DNA from: Mycobacteriales bacterium
GTDB taxonomy: Bacteria; Actinomycetota; Actinomycetes; Mycobacteriales; SCTD01
Length of the DNA: 54,036 nt
Direction of reading: 5' to 3'
Assembly (NCBI GenBank): GCA_038256525.1
Contig: JBBSKF010000005.1
Span: forward strand, 1-54,036
A model generated the notes under the pieces. It saw only the letters and a list, made by a program, of their open reading frames with translations, searched no databases and was not told the DNA's origin. Of the stretch, positions 8,770-22,463 are shown piece after piece. The translations under genes were made by a program, and so were the position numbers. Positions within the stretch are counted from its first letter, which is position 1. The number at the start of each line of letters is the position of its first letter.

Positions 8770-10911
8770 TCAGCCCACCGGTGGCGCGAACACCTCCTTG
8801 CGGAACAGCGGCGGCGGGCGCTCCTTCATCACCTCGAAGTTCAGCGTGCTGACGAACCGCTGCCCGTCTGAGTCGTTCGCATACACCGTCGCGGTGTGCC
8901 CGCCCACCTCGAGGTCCGAAGGCAGGGGCAGCCGCCAGAGGCTGCTGGACTGGTCGGCCCACAGCCACTGCGGTATCGGCTGCGTCGGTCCGGGGCCGAA
9001 TCGATCACCTCGGAAGGCCTCGAAGCCTTGGGTCCGCTCGTTGCCGGAGGTGCTCTCCAGGCTGTGCCGCGCCACCTGCAGGTTGCGCATCATGGCGTAC
9101 GGGTCGGCGAACTCCGGACCGGTCCGGATGCCCTCGCCGCGCGCGTCCTGCGTGCGCTTGGCTGCGGTCGGCCGGCGCTCATCGATCTTGACCAGCACCT
9201 CGGTGTCGGTCGTGCCGTTCCAGACATTGGCCATCAACGAGCTGCCGCCGCCGGACAGGTCGGCCGGGGTCAGCAGGTTGGGATCGCCCAGGTCGTTGAT
9301 GTTGACCGGTGGCGGGGTCGGGCTGGTACCGGGATGTGCCGTCTTCCACGCATCGAGCGTTGCGAACCAGTCGCGGAAGAACGGTGAGGAGATCGACAGC
9401 GACATCTGCTCGTCCTCGGCTCGCCGGGTCGCCCGGTAGGTGTCCCGGAAGGTGTTGCCGTCCAAGGCCAGGTTGATGTAGCCGGGCGGTGCACCACCGC
9501 GCTGGAGGGACTCCGGCAGGCCGTCGACGTCCAGGTCGCCGATCCACCACGAACCGGATGCGGCCCCGACCGTGATGTGCTGGAAGGGAATGCCGTCGAC
9601 GCCGACCGCCTGCTGCCAGCCGGCGAAGCGGTCGCCCGGGATCATGTTCTCGAGCGTCTGCGCGTGACCGGACACCGACAACGCCGACCGACCCTCGAGC
9701 AGGCGGTAGAGCTCCTTCGCGTCGTCGGTCTGGTGCTTGGTGGCGTCCATGTCGATGAACGACACGAGCGGGATGTGCGTGCCGATGACGATCAGCTTGT
9801 CCTTCGGCACGACGGCGAGGTCGTTGGCCAGCCACGCGAGCTGCTGCTCGCCGATGACACCGTTGTAAGTGGGGTGGTTGGCCGGGTCGTTGCAGAACTC
9901 GTGCTTGCCGTCGGCGTTGTCCTCCTCCGGAGTGCACGGGTACTTCACGTTGTCCAGGCCGATGAAGTGGGCGCCGGCGACGTCGTAGGAGTAGTACTCC
10001 GGACCGATCTCGCGCAGATAGGTGTCGAAGGAGTTCTCGTCGTCGGTGGCGTCGAAGTCGATGTCGTGGTTGCCCGGGACGGCGCGTACGGGAATGTCGG
10101 CGATGCTCATGACCTGCTTGAGCCGGGGGTAGACCCCGAGGTCGTCGCCGACGACGTCGCCCACGATGAGCGCGCCGCACTCGTCCAGGTCGTCCCGCTC
10201 GGCGAGGTCGCGCACCACGCCGTCACGCAGGTAGCCGGCCTCGCGGTTGCTGTAGGTCTGGGTGTCCCCGATGACCGCGCAGTCGGCCTCGCCGGAGCTG
10301 GCGGCCTTCGCCAACGGGAAGTTGATGGCCTGCGGAAGGGGGCCAGTGGGCGGCAGACCGCCGAAGCGCAGCGGCGGCGAGCCCGCGGGCAGGTGGTGGT
10401 AGAAGAACTGCGGGACGTGGTCCTCGCTCACAGGCGTGTCGAAGCCGGCCGGCTTGGTCACGAAGACGGTCATGTCCTCGTAGACCGGAAGCCGGTAGCG
10501 GCCGTCCTTGTCGGTCAGCACCACCTCGCGGCCGTTCGAGACGGCGACGCCCGGGATACCGCGTTCCTTGCCCCGCTGGGCTGCCGACGTGTCGGAGCGC
10601 TGTTGCTTCGGGCCCTGCGCGTGTGCCGGGGGGCCTTGCGCGTGCTCCGGCGGTCCTTGCGCCCCGCGTCCCGCAGGGCCGCCGCTGTCGGCTGGTGGTC
10701 CGGCGAATCTCCCGTTCCGGTCGGCGTCCTCGAAGACGGTTCCCTGGACGACATCGGGCGTCGGGGCGCCGGGGACACGTAGCACCTCGATCGAGGCGAC
10801 GTAGTTCGTCGGCTTCGGGGTGGCGGACTGGCCGGTGGCAGTGCCACCGATCAGTGTCGCGCCGGCCAGGAGAGCCACCACGCTTGCGCCGCGCCGGCGT
10901 ACGTTCGACAT
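8770..10911 (-). CDS. Secreted calcineurin-like metallophosphoesterase with N- and C-terminal accessory domains
   Basis: Signal peptide (RRR plus hydrophobic stretch); GTVFED.DRNG, GVAVSNG, GDTQ, GDVV, GNHD, THIP, SGHAQ. Confidence 0.85.
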   Translation of the reverse strand: MSNVRRRGASVVALLAGATLIGGTATGQSATPKPTNYVASIEVLRVPGAPTPDVVQGTVFEDADRNGRFAGPPADSGGPAGRGAQGPPEHAQGPPAHAQGPKQQRSDTSAAQRGKERGIPGVAVSNGREVVLTDKDGRYRLPVYEDMTVFVTKPAGFDTPVSEDHVPQFFYHHLPAGSPPLRFGGLPPTGPLPQAINFPLAKAASSGEADCAVIGDTQTYSNREAGYLRDGVVRDLAERDDLDECGALIVGDVVGDDLGVYPRLKQVMSIADIPVRAVPGNHDIDFDATDDENSFDTYLREIGPEYYSYDVAGAHFIGLDNVKYPCTPEEDNADGKHEFCNDPANHPTYNGVIGEQQLAWLANDLAVVPKDKLIVIGTHIPLVSFIDMDATKHQTDDAKELYRLLEGRSALSVSGHAQTLENMIPGDRFAGWQQAVGVDGIPFQHITVGAASGSWWIGDLDVDGLPESLQRGGAPPGYINLALDGNTFRDTYRATRRAEDEQMSLSISSPFFRDWFATLDAWKTAHPGTSPTPPPVNINDLGDPNLLTPADLSGGGSSLMANVWNGTTDTEVLVKIDERRPTAAKRTQDARGEGIRTGPEFADPYAMMRNLQVARHSLESTSGNERTQGFEAFRGDRFGPGPTQPIPQWLWADQSSSLWRLPLPSDLEVGGHTATVYANDSDGQRFVSTLNFEVMKERPPPLFRKEVFAPPVG

Positions 10912-11109
10912 TCTTGATCTTGACAGAGCTGGCATCCAGAACCTCCGGATCGCAGAAGAACGCCCATGGGCGGAGGACCCACCCACAGCCGCCCCAGCAA
11001 AGACCCGCGCGGGTTACCGGCGAAGTGACAGCAGACAAAGATTGCGTGGCCGTTGGTGGTCCTGCGGGGGCCGAACTGCGACTGCCCGGAGCCAAACTAG
11101 GCTGCCGGG

Positions 11110-12615
<1,506 letters not shown>

Positions 12616-12624
12616 GAGCACCTC

Positions 12625-13974
12625 GTGACCGACGACCCCAGAACCGACGACCCCACAACCGACCGCACCGCATTCCTGCTCGCAGCCCTCGCCGAGGCCT
12701 TCCAGGACCTGGTCGACGCGGACCCGGCGGCCTTCCGCCGCAAGTATCGCTCCATGGCTGCCGACCCGTTCGCCTTCTATCGGGGGACGGCGTGCCTGTT
12801 CTACGCCGATGCGCGCGACCGGCAGGACCGGTGGGCCGACGAGCGCACCAGCCGGGTCTGGATCCAGGGCGACCTGCACGCGGAGAACTTCGGCACGTAC
12901 ATGGACGGCGAGGGCCGGCTCGTCTTCGACGTCAACGACTTCGACGAGGCCTACCTCGGTCACTTCACCTGGGACCTGCAGCGCCTGACGGCGAGCGTGG
13001 CGCTGATGGGCTGGACCAAGGCGCTGCCCGACGCCGATATCGAGGCGCTGATCGACACCTTCCTGCGCGCCTACCTGGACCAGGTCAACTACTTCGTCGA
13101 CGGCGACCGTGACGAGCAGTGGTCGCTGCGCCTGGGCACGGCCACCGGGCCGGTACGCGCGGCGCTGCTCGAGGCGCAGCTGTCCACCCGCATCGAGCTG
13201 CTCGACAAGGTGACCGTCATCGACGACTACGAGCGGCGCTTCCGCCACGGGCCCGGAGTCCGCGAGCTCGAGCCGGACGAGCGCGAGCGGGTGGAGCACG
13301 CCTTTGCGGACTACCTCGAGACGATTCCGCCGGCCAAGAAGCTCGGAAGCCTGACCTACGTCCTCAAAGACGCCGTCGGCAAGAGCGGCTTCGGTATCGG
13401 CAGTGCCGGCCTGCCGGCCTACAACCTGCTCGTCGAAGGCCACACCGAAGCACTCGAGAACGACGTCGTTCTCACCATGAAGCAGGGAAACATCGCAGCG
13501 CCGAGCCGCATCGTCGAGGACGAGCGCTGCCGAAGCGCGTTCGAGCACCACGGCCACCGGACGGCTGTCTCCCAGCGGGCGCTGCAGGCCCACTCTGATC
13601 CGTGGCTCGGCTGGACCTGCTTGGACGGGGTCGGGTTCGTCGTTGCCGAGTTCTCCCCGTACGAAGCCGACCTCGACTGGGACGAGCTGTCCGAACCGGA
13701 GCAGCTCTCGGAGGTGCTGGACCAGCTGGGCCGGGCGACCGCCAAGGTGCATTGCGTCTCGGACGTGGACGACGCGTCGACGCCACTGGTGGACTTCCAG
13801 GTCGAGGACGCCGTCCGCGACGTGGTGGGCGGCAAGGTGGACGAGTTCGTGGCGGAGTTGACTGCTTTTGCGCTCGACTACGCGGTACGCGTGCGGGAGG
13901 ACCACGCGTTGTTCGTCGACGCATTCCGCAACGGTCGGATCGAGGGCGTCACCGCGGTGCGGACAAACGCCTGA
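12625..13974 (+). CDS. DUF2252 family protein (kinase-like fold)
   Basis: [42 protein letters not shown]. Confidence 0.85.
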   Translation: MTDDPRTDDPTTDRTAFLLAALAEAFQDLVDADPAAFRRKYRSMAADPFAFYRGTACLFYADARDRQDRWADERTSRVWIQGDLHAENFGTYMDGEGRLVFDVNDFDEAYLGHFTWDLQRLTASVALMGWTKALPDADIEALIDTFLRAYLDQVNYFVDGDRDEQWSLRLGTATGPVRAALLEAQLSTRIELLDKVTVIDDYERRFRHGPGVRELEPDERERVEHAFADYLETIPPAKKLGSLTYVLKDAVGKSGFGIGSAGLPAYNLLVEGHTEALENDVVLTMKQGNIAAPSRIVEDERCRSAFEHHGHRTAVSQRALQAHSDPWLGWTCLDGVGFVVAEFSPYEADLDWDELSEPEQLSEVLDQLGRATAKVHCVSDVDDASTPLVDFQVEDAVRDVVGGKVDEFVAELTAFALDYAVRVREDHALFVDAFRNGRIEGVTAVRTNA

Positions 13975-14080
13975 GCCGACGCGCCGAAAATCACGTGGAG
14001 GTATTTGTGTTCGGCGCCGTTCAGTGCTTTCCTGTAGGCCCAGCGGTTCGCAAAGGCTTTGGCCCGGAAAGAGGCAGGAC

Positions 14081-14437
14081 ATGGCTCAGAAGGTAAATGT
14101 GGTGCTCGTCGATGATCTTGACGGATCGGAGGCCGACGAGACCATTTCTTTCACCGTGGACGGTGCAAGCTACGAGATCGACCTCAACGAGGCCAACGCG
14201 GCAGCGCTACGAGATGCCTTCGCGCCCTGGCTGGGAGCAGCCCGGAGAGCGGGCCGCGGGACATCCGCCTCGGCGACCCGGCGCACCTCGCGCGGCGGGA
14301 CGCGGCCGGCAGCTGCGGGCAGCGATCGCGAGCGGGTCCAGGCGATCCGTGAGTGGGCCCGTGCCAACGGCCACAACGTGAGCGAGCGCGGGCGGCTGTC
14401 CGCCGACGTCCTCGCTGCCTACGAGGCGGCGCACTAG
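14081..14437 (+). CDS. lsr2: Nucleoid-associated protein Lsr2
   Basis: [34 protein letters not shown]; GAGGCAGGA upstream of the ATG. Confidence 0.96.
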   Translation: MAQKVNVVLVDDLDGSEADETISFTVDGASYEIDLNEANAAALRDAFAPWLGAARRAGRGTSASATRRTSRGGTRPAAAGSDRERVQAIREWARANGHNVSERGRLSADVLAAYEAAH

Positions 14438-14652
14438 ACCCTCCGGTCGTGGATTTCGCTGCTGGCGTAGGCATCCGTGGGGAACGGACACCACCGGACC
14501 CGGGTTGCACGAGATGTCTCAGCCCACCGGCACCGCTGGCGGGCGCCCGGACGAGCGCTTTTCGGTGGCCTGCTCACCCGACGAAGCGGCGCGACCGGGG
14601 CTAGTGTGCGCAGGACGACGGGACCGTCCCCGCCCCGTGAGGAGCGACAGCC

Positions 14653-17163
<2,511 letters not shown>

Positions 17164-17179
17164 CGCCGACCACTCGGCC

Positions 17180-18052
17180 TCAACTGCCGGGCAGCGCGTA
17201 GCGCCCGTCCGGCAGCGGGTCGACCAGACCGTCGTCGACCAGTGCGTCCAGCGCCCTCGCGCGCTGAACCGGCTCGTCCCAGACCGCGGCGAGCCGGTCG
17301 GCCCTGACCGGGCCGGCGCTGTCGCGCAGCACCTGCAGGAGCCGGCCGCGTACCTGCCGGTCGGTGCCTGCCCAGGCCTGCGGACGCCGTACCGGGCTGT
17401 CCAGAGTCGGCTTGCCGGCCTTCAGCCAGGCGCAGGCCGGACGTAGCGGGCAGCTCGGGCACCGCGGCGCGCGGGCGGTGCAGACCAGCGCGCCGAGCTC
17501 CATGAACGCGATGGAGGCGGTGGCCGCGTCCTCGGGGTCGACCGGCAGCAGCTGCTCCACCAGGGCGAGGTCGCGGCGGGTGACCGGCGCATCCGCGCGG
17601 CCCTCGACCGCCCGGGCCACCACCCGGCGGACGTTGGTGTCGACCACCGGCACCCGTTGGCGGTAGGCGAAGGCGGCGACGGCCCGGGCCGTGTAGTCGC
17701 CGACTCCGGGAAGTGCGAGAAGCTCCACGACCGTACGCGGCAGCTCGCCGCCCGGCCGCTGCGCGACGGCCACGGCAGCGGCGTGCAGCCGCAGGGCCCG
17801 GCGCGGGTAACCGAGCCGGCCCCACAGCCGCACCGCCTCGCCCGGTGCGTCGGCTGCCAGGTCCGCCGGCGCCGGCCAGCGCTCGAGCCAGGCGGTGTAG
17901 ACCGGCAGGACGCGCGCCACGGGCGTCTGCTGCAGCATCACCTCGCTGACCAGGACCGCCCACGGGCTCACCCCCGGCCGCCGCCACGGCAGGTCGCGGG
18001 CGGCCTGGGCGTACCAGCCGGTGACGGTGTCGGCCAGCCCGGTGTTCCCCAC
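17180..18052 (-). CDS. mutY: A/G-specific adenine glycosylase (short actinobacterial type)
   Basis: RDLPWR, SEVMLQQT, LGYPRRA, LPGVGDYTA, VDTNV, Fe-S motif C-x6-C-x2-C-x5-C; TACGCT 6 nt before GTG 18052. Confidence 0.92.
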   Translation of the reverse strand: MGNTGLADTVTGWYAQAARDLPWRRPGVSPWAVLVSEVMLQQTPVARVLPVYTAWLERWPAPADLAADAPGEAVRLWGRLGYPRRALRLHAAAVAVAQRPGGELPRTVVELLALPGVGDYTARAVAAFAYRQRVPVVDTNVRRVVARAVEGRADAPVTRRDLALVEQLLPVDPEDAATASIAFMELGALVCTARAPRCPSCPLRPACAWLKAGKPTLDSPVRRPQAWAGTDRQVRGRLLQVLRDSAGPVRADRLAAVWDEPVQRARALDALVDDGLVDPLPDGRYALPGS

Positions 18053-18152
18053 GCTCCGAGCGTAGGGTCCCTCCTGGCCCGCCCGCCCCTCAGTGATCAA
18101 CGGGCCTGACAGTGGTGCCGGAAGCTTGTGTCGGGCGGCTAGGCTGCCCAGG

Positions 18153-18773
18153 ATGGCGCTGCACTGGCGGCCGGTCGGTCCCGAGCCCGCCCAGACGTAC
18201 TGGCGGCGGCGTGCCGCGCTCGTGATCACCCTCGCGCTGCTGCTCTTCCTGATCACTTCGGTGACCGGTCGGGGCGACGATGACCGGTTGGCGTCCGGGG
18301 AGCCGTCCCCCTCCGCCTCGACGTCGACCTCCGACCCCACGGCGCCGCCGTCCCCGTCAGCCGCACCGCGAGCTGCCTCCGCCGACCCCTGCCCGCCGGC
18401 CGGGCTGAAGATCGACTCGAATTCTGACAAGGACAGCTATCCCGCTGGCGGCCGGCCACAGCTCGAGCTGCGGGTCACCAACACCGGCTTGGCCCCGTGC
18501 ACCCTCGACCTGGGTCAGTCCGCGGTCGAGTTCCTGATCTTCTCCGGCCCGGACCGCATCTGGTCCAGCGATGACTGCGCCCCGGGCGGAGCGGCGAAGC
18601 CGACCACCCTGGAGCCGGGCAAGCCGGTCCCGACCCGGCTGACCTGGGCGGGGCGACGCTCGTTGCCCGGGTGCGCCGGACCCAAGGCGCAAGCGCTGCC
18701 AGGCACCTATCGCATCACGGGGCGAATCGGTGACCTGCAGGCCGAGGGCGGGTCCTTCTCCCTGACCGGCTGA
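18153..18773 (+). CDS. Conserved actinobacterial membrane protein (Rv3587c-like)
   Basis: PVGP...YWRRR followed by a TM helix, Pro/Ser linker and Cys-containing domain (RIWSSDDC, PGTY); usual neighbour of mutY/disA. Confidence 0.7.
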   Translation: MALHWRPVGPEPAQTYWRRRAALVITLALLLFLITSVTGRGDDDRLASGEPSPSASTSTSDPTAPPSPSAAPRAASADPCPPAGLKIDSNSDKDSYPAGGRPQLELRVTNTGLAPCTLDLGQSAVEFLIFSGPDRIWSSDDCAPGGAAKPTTLEPGKPVPTRLTWAGRRSLPGCAGPKAQALPGTYRITGRIGDLQAEGGSFSLTG

Positions 18774-18895
18774 GGACTCAAGCCCCCGAGCAGGCCCGTC
18801 GACACAGGGAGGGCCGGGCCTCCCGCCGGCGGACGGGAGCGACCGGTGCCGGACGACCAGGACGTCGCCGCCGTGCGCCAGTGCGGGCGCCCGGC

Positions 18896-19987
18896 GTGAC
18901 CGCCTTCTTGCGCGCCACCGTCACGGTGGTCGTCGTGGACGACTCCGCCCGTCAGCGGCGATCCCTGCGTGCCGCCGTCGAGGCCGACGGCGACCTCACC
19001 GTCGTGGGGGAGGCCCGCAATGGTCCTGAAGCCGTCGCTCTCGTGGCGAGGCTCCGCCCCCGGGTGGTGCTGATGGACCTCGACCTACCGGCAATGACCG
19101 GCATCGACGCGATCGAGCGCATCATGTCGGCCAGCCCCACGGCGATCGTCGTCTACGGCTCGTCGCCGGCCGGCGACAACAGGGTCGACGCGCTGGAGGC
19201 GCTGGCCGCGGGCGCTGTGGACGTGCTCGCCGCGCCCGGGCCGGGCAACAGCGCGGACGACGCCGCGGCGCTGCGGGCCGCCCTTCGCGTCGCCGCTCGG
19301 GTGCGCGTGATCACGCATCCCCGCGGCCGGCTCCGGTTGCAGGGCATGGGCGCCGCCGCCCCGTCGCTGCCCGAGGCTGCCAGGCACCCGACCGCTGAGC
19401 CAGACCGCGGCGATGTCCGCCTGGTGGCGATCGGTGCTTCGACGGGCGGGCCACAGGCGCTTCTCACGCTGCTCGCCGGGCTCCCCGCAGATCTCGAGCA
19501 GGCGGTCCTGGTCGTGCAGCACATGGCGGCCGGGTTCATCCCCGGTCTCGCCTGCTGGCTCGACGGGCTGGTCGCGCTGCCGGTCGGGGTGGGGGCGACC
19601 GGCTGCCGACTTGCTCCCGGCACCGTCACCATCGCGCCGAGCGGCAGCAACCTGCTGCTCTCGGACGACCGGCTGCGCGTGGTGTGCAAAGCGCCGGAGA
19701 GCAGGCAGTTCCACGTGCCGGGGATCGACGCCACCTTCGCCAGCATCGCCGCGGTGCTGGGCGATCGCGCCATCGGCGTGCTGCTGACCGGCATGGGCCG
19801 GGACGGCGCCGCGGGCCTGCTGGCCATGCGCCGGCGGGGCGCCCTGACGATCGGCCAGGACGAGGCGACCAGCGCCGTCTACGGCATGCCCGCCGCCGCG
19901 TGCGCCCTCGACGCCGTGGAGCGCCAGCTCGCGCTCGATCGGATCGCGCCTGCGGTGCTCGGCGCAGTCGGCCGGGCGTTGGCATGA
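18896..19987 (+). CDS. cheB: Chemotaxis methylesterase (receiver plus catalytic domain)
   Basis: VVDDS, LMDLDLP, IGASTGGP, VQHM, PGIDATF, LTGMGRDGA, QDEATSAVYGMP. Start uncertain (18881 or 18896). Confidence 0.92.
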   Translation: MTAFLRATVTVVVVDDSARQRRSLRAAVEADGDLTVVGEARNGPEAVALVARLRPRVVLMDLDLPAMTGIDAIERIMSASPTAIVVYGSSPAGDNRVDALEALAAGAVDVLAAPGPGNSADDAAALRAALRVAARVRVITHPRGRLRLQGMGAAAPSLPEAARHPTAEPDRGDVRLVAIGASTGGPQALLTLLAGLPADLEQAVLVVQHMAAGFIPGLACWLDGLVALPVGVGATGCRLAPGTVTIAPSGSNLLLSDDRLRVVCKAPESRQFHVPGIDATFASIAAVLGDRAIGVLLTGMGRDGAAGLLAMRRRGALTIGQDEATSAVYGMPAAACALDAVERQLALDRIAPAVLGAVGRALA

Positions 19988-21366
19988 CGACCGCTGTGCA
20001 GCCGCTGCCCGACGAGGCCCTGGCCCGGCTGCGGGACCTGCTCGCCACTGCCGCCGGACTGGTCTTCGAGGATTCGCGCCGGGCCTCGCTCAGTGCCGCG
20101 GTCGCCGAGCGGCAACGACTCACCGGCATGCGGGACGTCGCTGCCTACCTCGATCTGGCCTGCGATCCGGCCGGACCGGAACGGCAGAGCCTGTTGGACG
20201 AGGTGACGATCCAGGAGACGCACTTCTTCCGCAATCCCCCGCAGATGCGGGCGCTGCGCACCGAGGTGCTGCCGGAGCTGGTGCGGGCTGCGCGCGGGCG
20301 CGGTCGACGGCTGCGCATCTGGAGTGCCGGCTGCTCCACCGGCGAGGAGCCGTACACGGTCGCGATGATGCTGCGCGAGCTGCTGCCGGACCTGACCGGT
20401 TGGGATGTGCGTGTGCTGGCCACGGACCTGTCCCAGACGGCGCTGCGGACGGCCCGGGCAGGGACCTACGGCGAGCGCGCCGTCCAGCTGGCGTCGCCCG
20501 CGACCCGGGGACGCTTCCTGCTGCCGACCGAGGCCGGCCGCTACGAGGTCCGGCGTGAGGTCCGTGAGCTCGTCCGCTTCACCCACCACAACCTGGTCCT
20601 CGACCCGGTCCCGCGGGAGAGCTTCGACCTCATCCTGTGCCGCAACGTCACGATCTACTTCGGCCGTGAGACGACGCGGGCCCTGGTCCGCCGGTTGCAC
20701 GGCTGCCTGCGCGACGGGGGCTACCTGCTGCTCGGGCACGCCGAGACGCTGTGGCAGGTCAACGACGACTTCCGCCTCGTGGCCGTCGGCGGGGACAGTC
20801 CCAGCTACGTCTACCGGCGTCCGGCTCCTTCGAGCCCGATGGGACAGGCAGACCGGCGTACGACGTTCCGTCCCCCGGCGCCGCGTCCACCGCCACCCGG
20901 GAGCATGCCGCCCGGGACCGAGTCGCTCGGGTCCTGCCCGGCCGACGCGGTCCGGGCGGTCCTTGCCGAAGGCCGCCATGAGCAGGCCGCCCGCCTGGCG
21001 CGCCGGGCGGCGGCGGCGGAACCGATGCGCCCTGAGCTGCACTACCTGCTGGGTCGCGCGCTGGTCGAGCTCGGCCGTGACGCCGAGGCACTGCCCGCCC
21101 TGCGCCGCGCGACCTACCTCGAACCGGCCGCCGGGCTCGCGCACTTCCTGCTCGCCGGCGCGCTGGCCCGATGTGGTGATGCCCGCGCGGCCGCCAGGGA
21201 GTACCAGGCGGCTGCTTCGACGCTGGGCCTCGACCTGGACGAGGCGGGCGCGCCAGAACTCGGTGGGCGAAGCGCGCGTGAGCTCGCGGAGCTGTGCCGC
21301 CAGCTCGAAGGGCAGCTGTCCGGCAGCGCCGACCCCGGCAACCCGGACGTCGGGGGCACGACGTGA
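19984..21366 (+). CDS. cheR: Chemotaxis methyltransferase with C-terminal TPR
   Basis: ETHFFR, RIWSAGCSTGEEPYT, ATDLS, FDLILCRNVTIYF, LLGHAE; TPR region HYLLG...LRRATYLEP. Confidence 0.92.
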   Translation: MTTAVQPLPDEALARLRDLLATAAGLVFEDSRRASLSAAVAERQRLTGMRDVAAYLDLACDPAGPERQSLLDEVTIQETHFFRNPPQMRALRTEVLPELVRAARGRGRRLRIWSAGCSTGEEPYTVAMMLRELLPDLTGWDVRVLATDLSQTALRTARAGTYGERAVQLASPATRGRFLLPTEAGRYEVRREVRELVRFTHHNLVLDPVPRESFDLILCRNVTIYFGRETTRALVRRLHGCLRDGGYLLLGHAETLWQVNDDFRLVAVGGDSPSYVYRRPAPSSPMGQADRRTTFRPPAPRPPPPGSMPPGTESLGSCPADAVRAVLAEGRHEQAARLARRAAAAEPMRPELHYLLGRALVELGRDAEALPALRRATYLEPAAGLAHFLLAGALARCGDARAAAREYQAAASTLGLDLDEAGAPELGGRSARELAELCRQLEGQLSGSADPGNPDVGGTT

Positions 21367-21815
21367 TCGGCCTGGTCAGCTTCCGGCTCGGTGCGCGTGA
21401 ATACGCCACCTCACTGCACGATGTGCGCGAGGTGGTCCGGCTCAGCGGCCTGGCCGACCTGCCGGGGATGACGCCGCCCCTCGCCGGCGTCCTGGACGTG
21501 CGGGGCACGGCTCTGCCGGTGCTCGACCTGCGGCCTGGCGCACGGCCCGGTGATCCTGGCGACGTGCTGGTGCTCGAGCGGGCACAGCCGGACGGCGGAG
21601 CCGTCGGCGTCGCCGTGGACCAGGTACGCGCTGTCGTCGACGCCGGGCAGCTCGTTCCGGCTGGGACGACCGGCCGGGACGGAGTGCTACCCGCGTACGT
21701 CCTGGACGTTCTTCGCGGCTGCGACGGGATCGTCTTCCTCGTCGATCTGCCCCGGATGGTGGCTGGTGCAGCGGCTCAGGCGGGGACCGCGAAGACGACG
21801 ACGTTGTCCCGGTAG
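21363..21815 (+). CDS. cheW: Chemotaxis coupling protein
   Basis: VSFRLG..EYA, VREVV, GVLDVRG..LPVLDL, GVAVDQV; GTGA overlap with cheR. Confidence 0.88.
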   Translation: MIGLVSFRLGAREYATSLHDVREVVRLSGLADLPGMTPPLAGVLDVRGTALPVLDLRPGARPGDPGDVLVLERAQPDGGAVGVAVDQVRAVVDAGQLVPAGTTGRDGVLPAYVLDVLRGCDGIVFLVDLPRMVAGAAAQAGTAKTTTLSR

Positions 21816-22459
21816 CTGCGCGCGCTCTTGTCGAACTCCCCGCCGCAGGTGATGAGCCGCAGACTGGTCGTGCTGTCGCCGATGTAGACCGCCTCGGTGG
21901 GGAAGTCCCGCTTGGCGTAGGTCTGCACGCTCTGCACGACGAAGGCGACGATCGACCCGTCCGCCCGGCGGACCGAGACCTGGTCGCCGGTGACGAGCTC
22001 GTCGAGGCGAGCGAAGATCCCCGGTCCGCGGAAGCTGTCGACGTGGCCCACGATCACCGCGGGGCCGTCGTCGCCCGGAGCGGGTCCCTGGCTGTACCAG
22101 CCCGCACGCATGGGGTCCTCGGGCACCTGGAGCGAGCCGTCCGTGTTCTTGCGCAGCCCGATGAGCCGGGTGTCGGTCTCGAGCGCTGGGATCGTGAGGG
22201 CGACCGGTGGCGAGACACCCTGATCCACCACGCCGACGGCCAGCTGCTCACCGACGCCTCGATCGGCGCGCACGTCGGCGCGCGCGCCGTCGAGCACGAC
22301 AGCCTGCACGCTGAACAGCGCCAGCAGGGTCAGGGCCTGCAGGACCACCGAGCGCCAGCGGCGCGGCTTCGGTGGGGCCCGGTGCCGTCCCGCCGCGCGC
22401 GGTCCGAGAGCCGGTCGGAGACCGGGCCCCCCGGAACCGCGACGCGACGAGACGGTCAT
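21776..22459 (-). CDS. Class F sortase
   Basis: N-terminal TM; AGWY, PG..G.AVIVGHVD, LRLITCGG, Y..N.VVFA. Confidence 0.9.
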   Translation of the reverse strand: MTVSSRRGSGGPGLRPALGPRAAGRHRAPPKPRRWRSVVLQALTLLALFSVQAVVLDGARADVRADRGVGEQLAVGVVDQGVSPPVALTIPALETDTRLIGLRKNTDGSLQVPEDPMRAGWYSQGPAPGDDGPAVIVGHVDSFRGPGIFARLDELVTGDQVSVRRADGSIVAFVVQSVQTYAKRDFPTEAVYIGDSTTSLRLITCGGEFDKSARSYRDNVVVFAVPA

Positions 22460-22463
22460 CGAG

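Noticed and set aside
18128-18145. TGTCGG near a TAGGCT box as a second PafBC promoter
   Set aside because: Spacer is 5 nt rather than 10.
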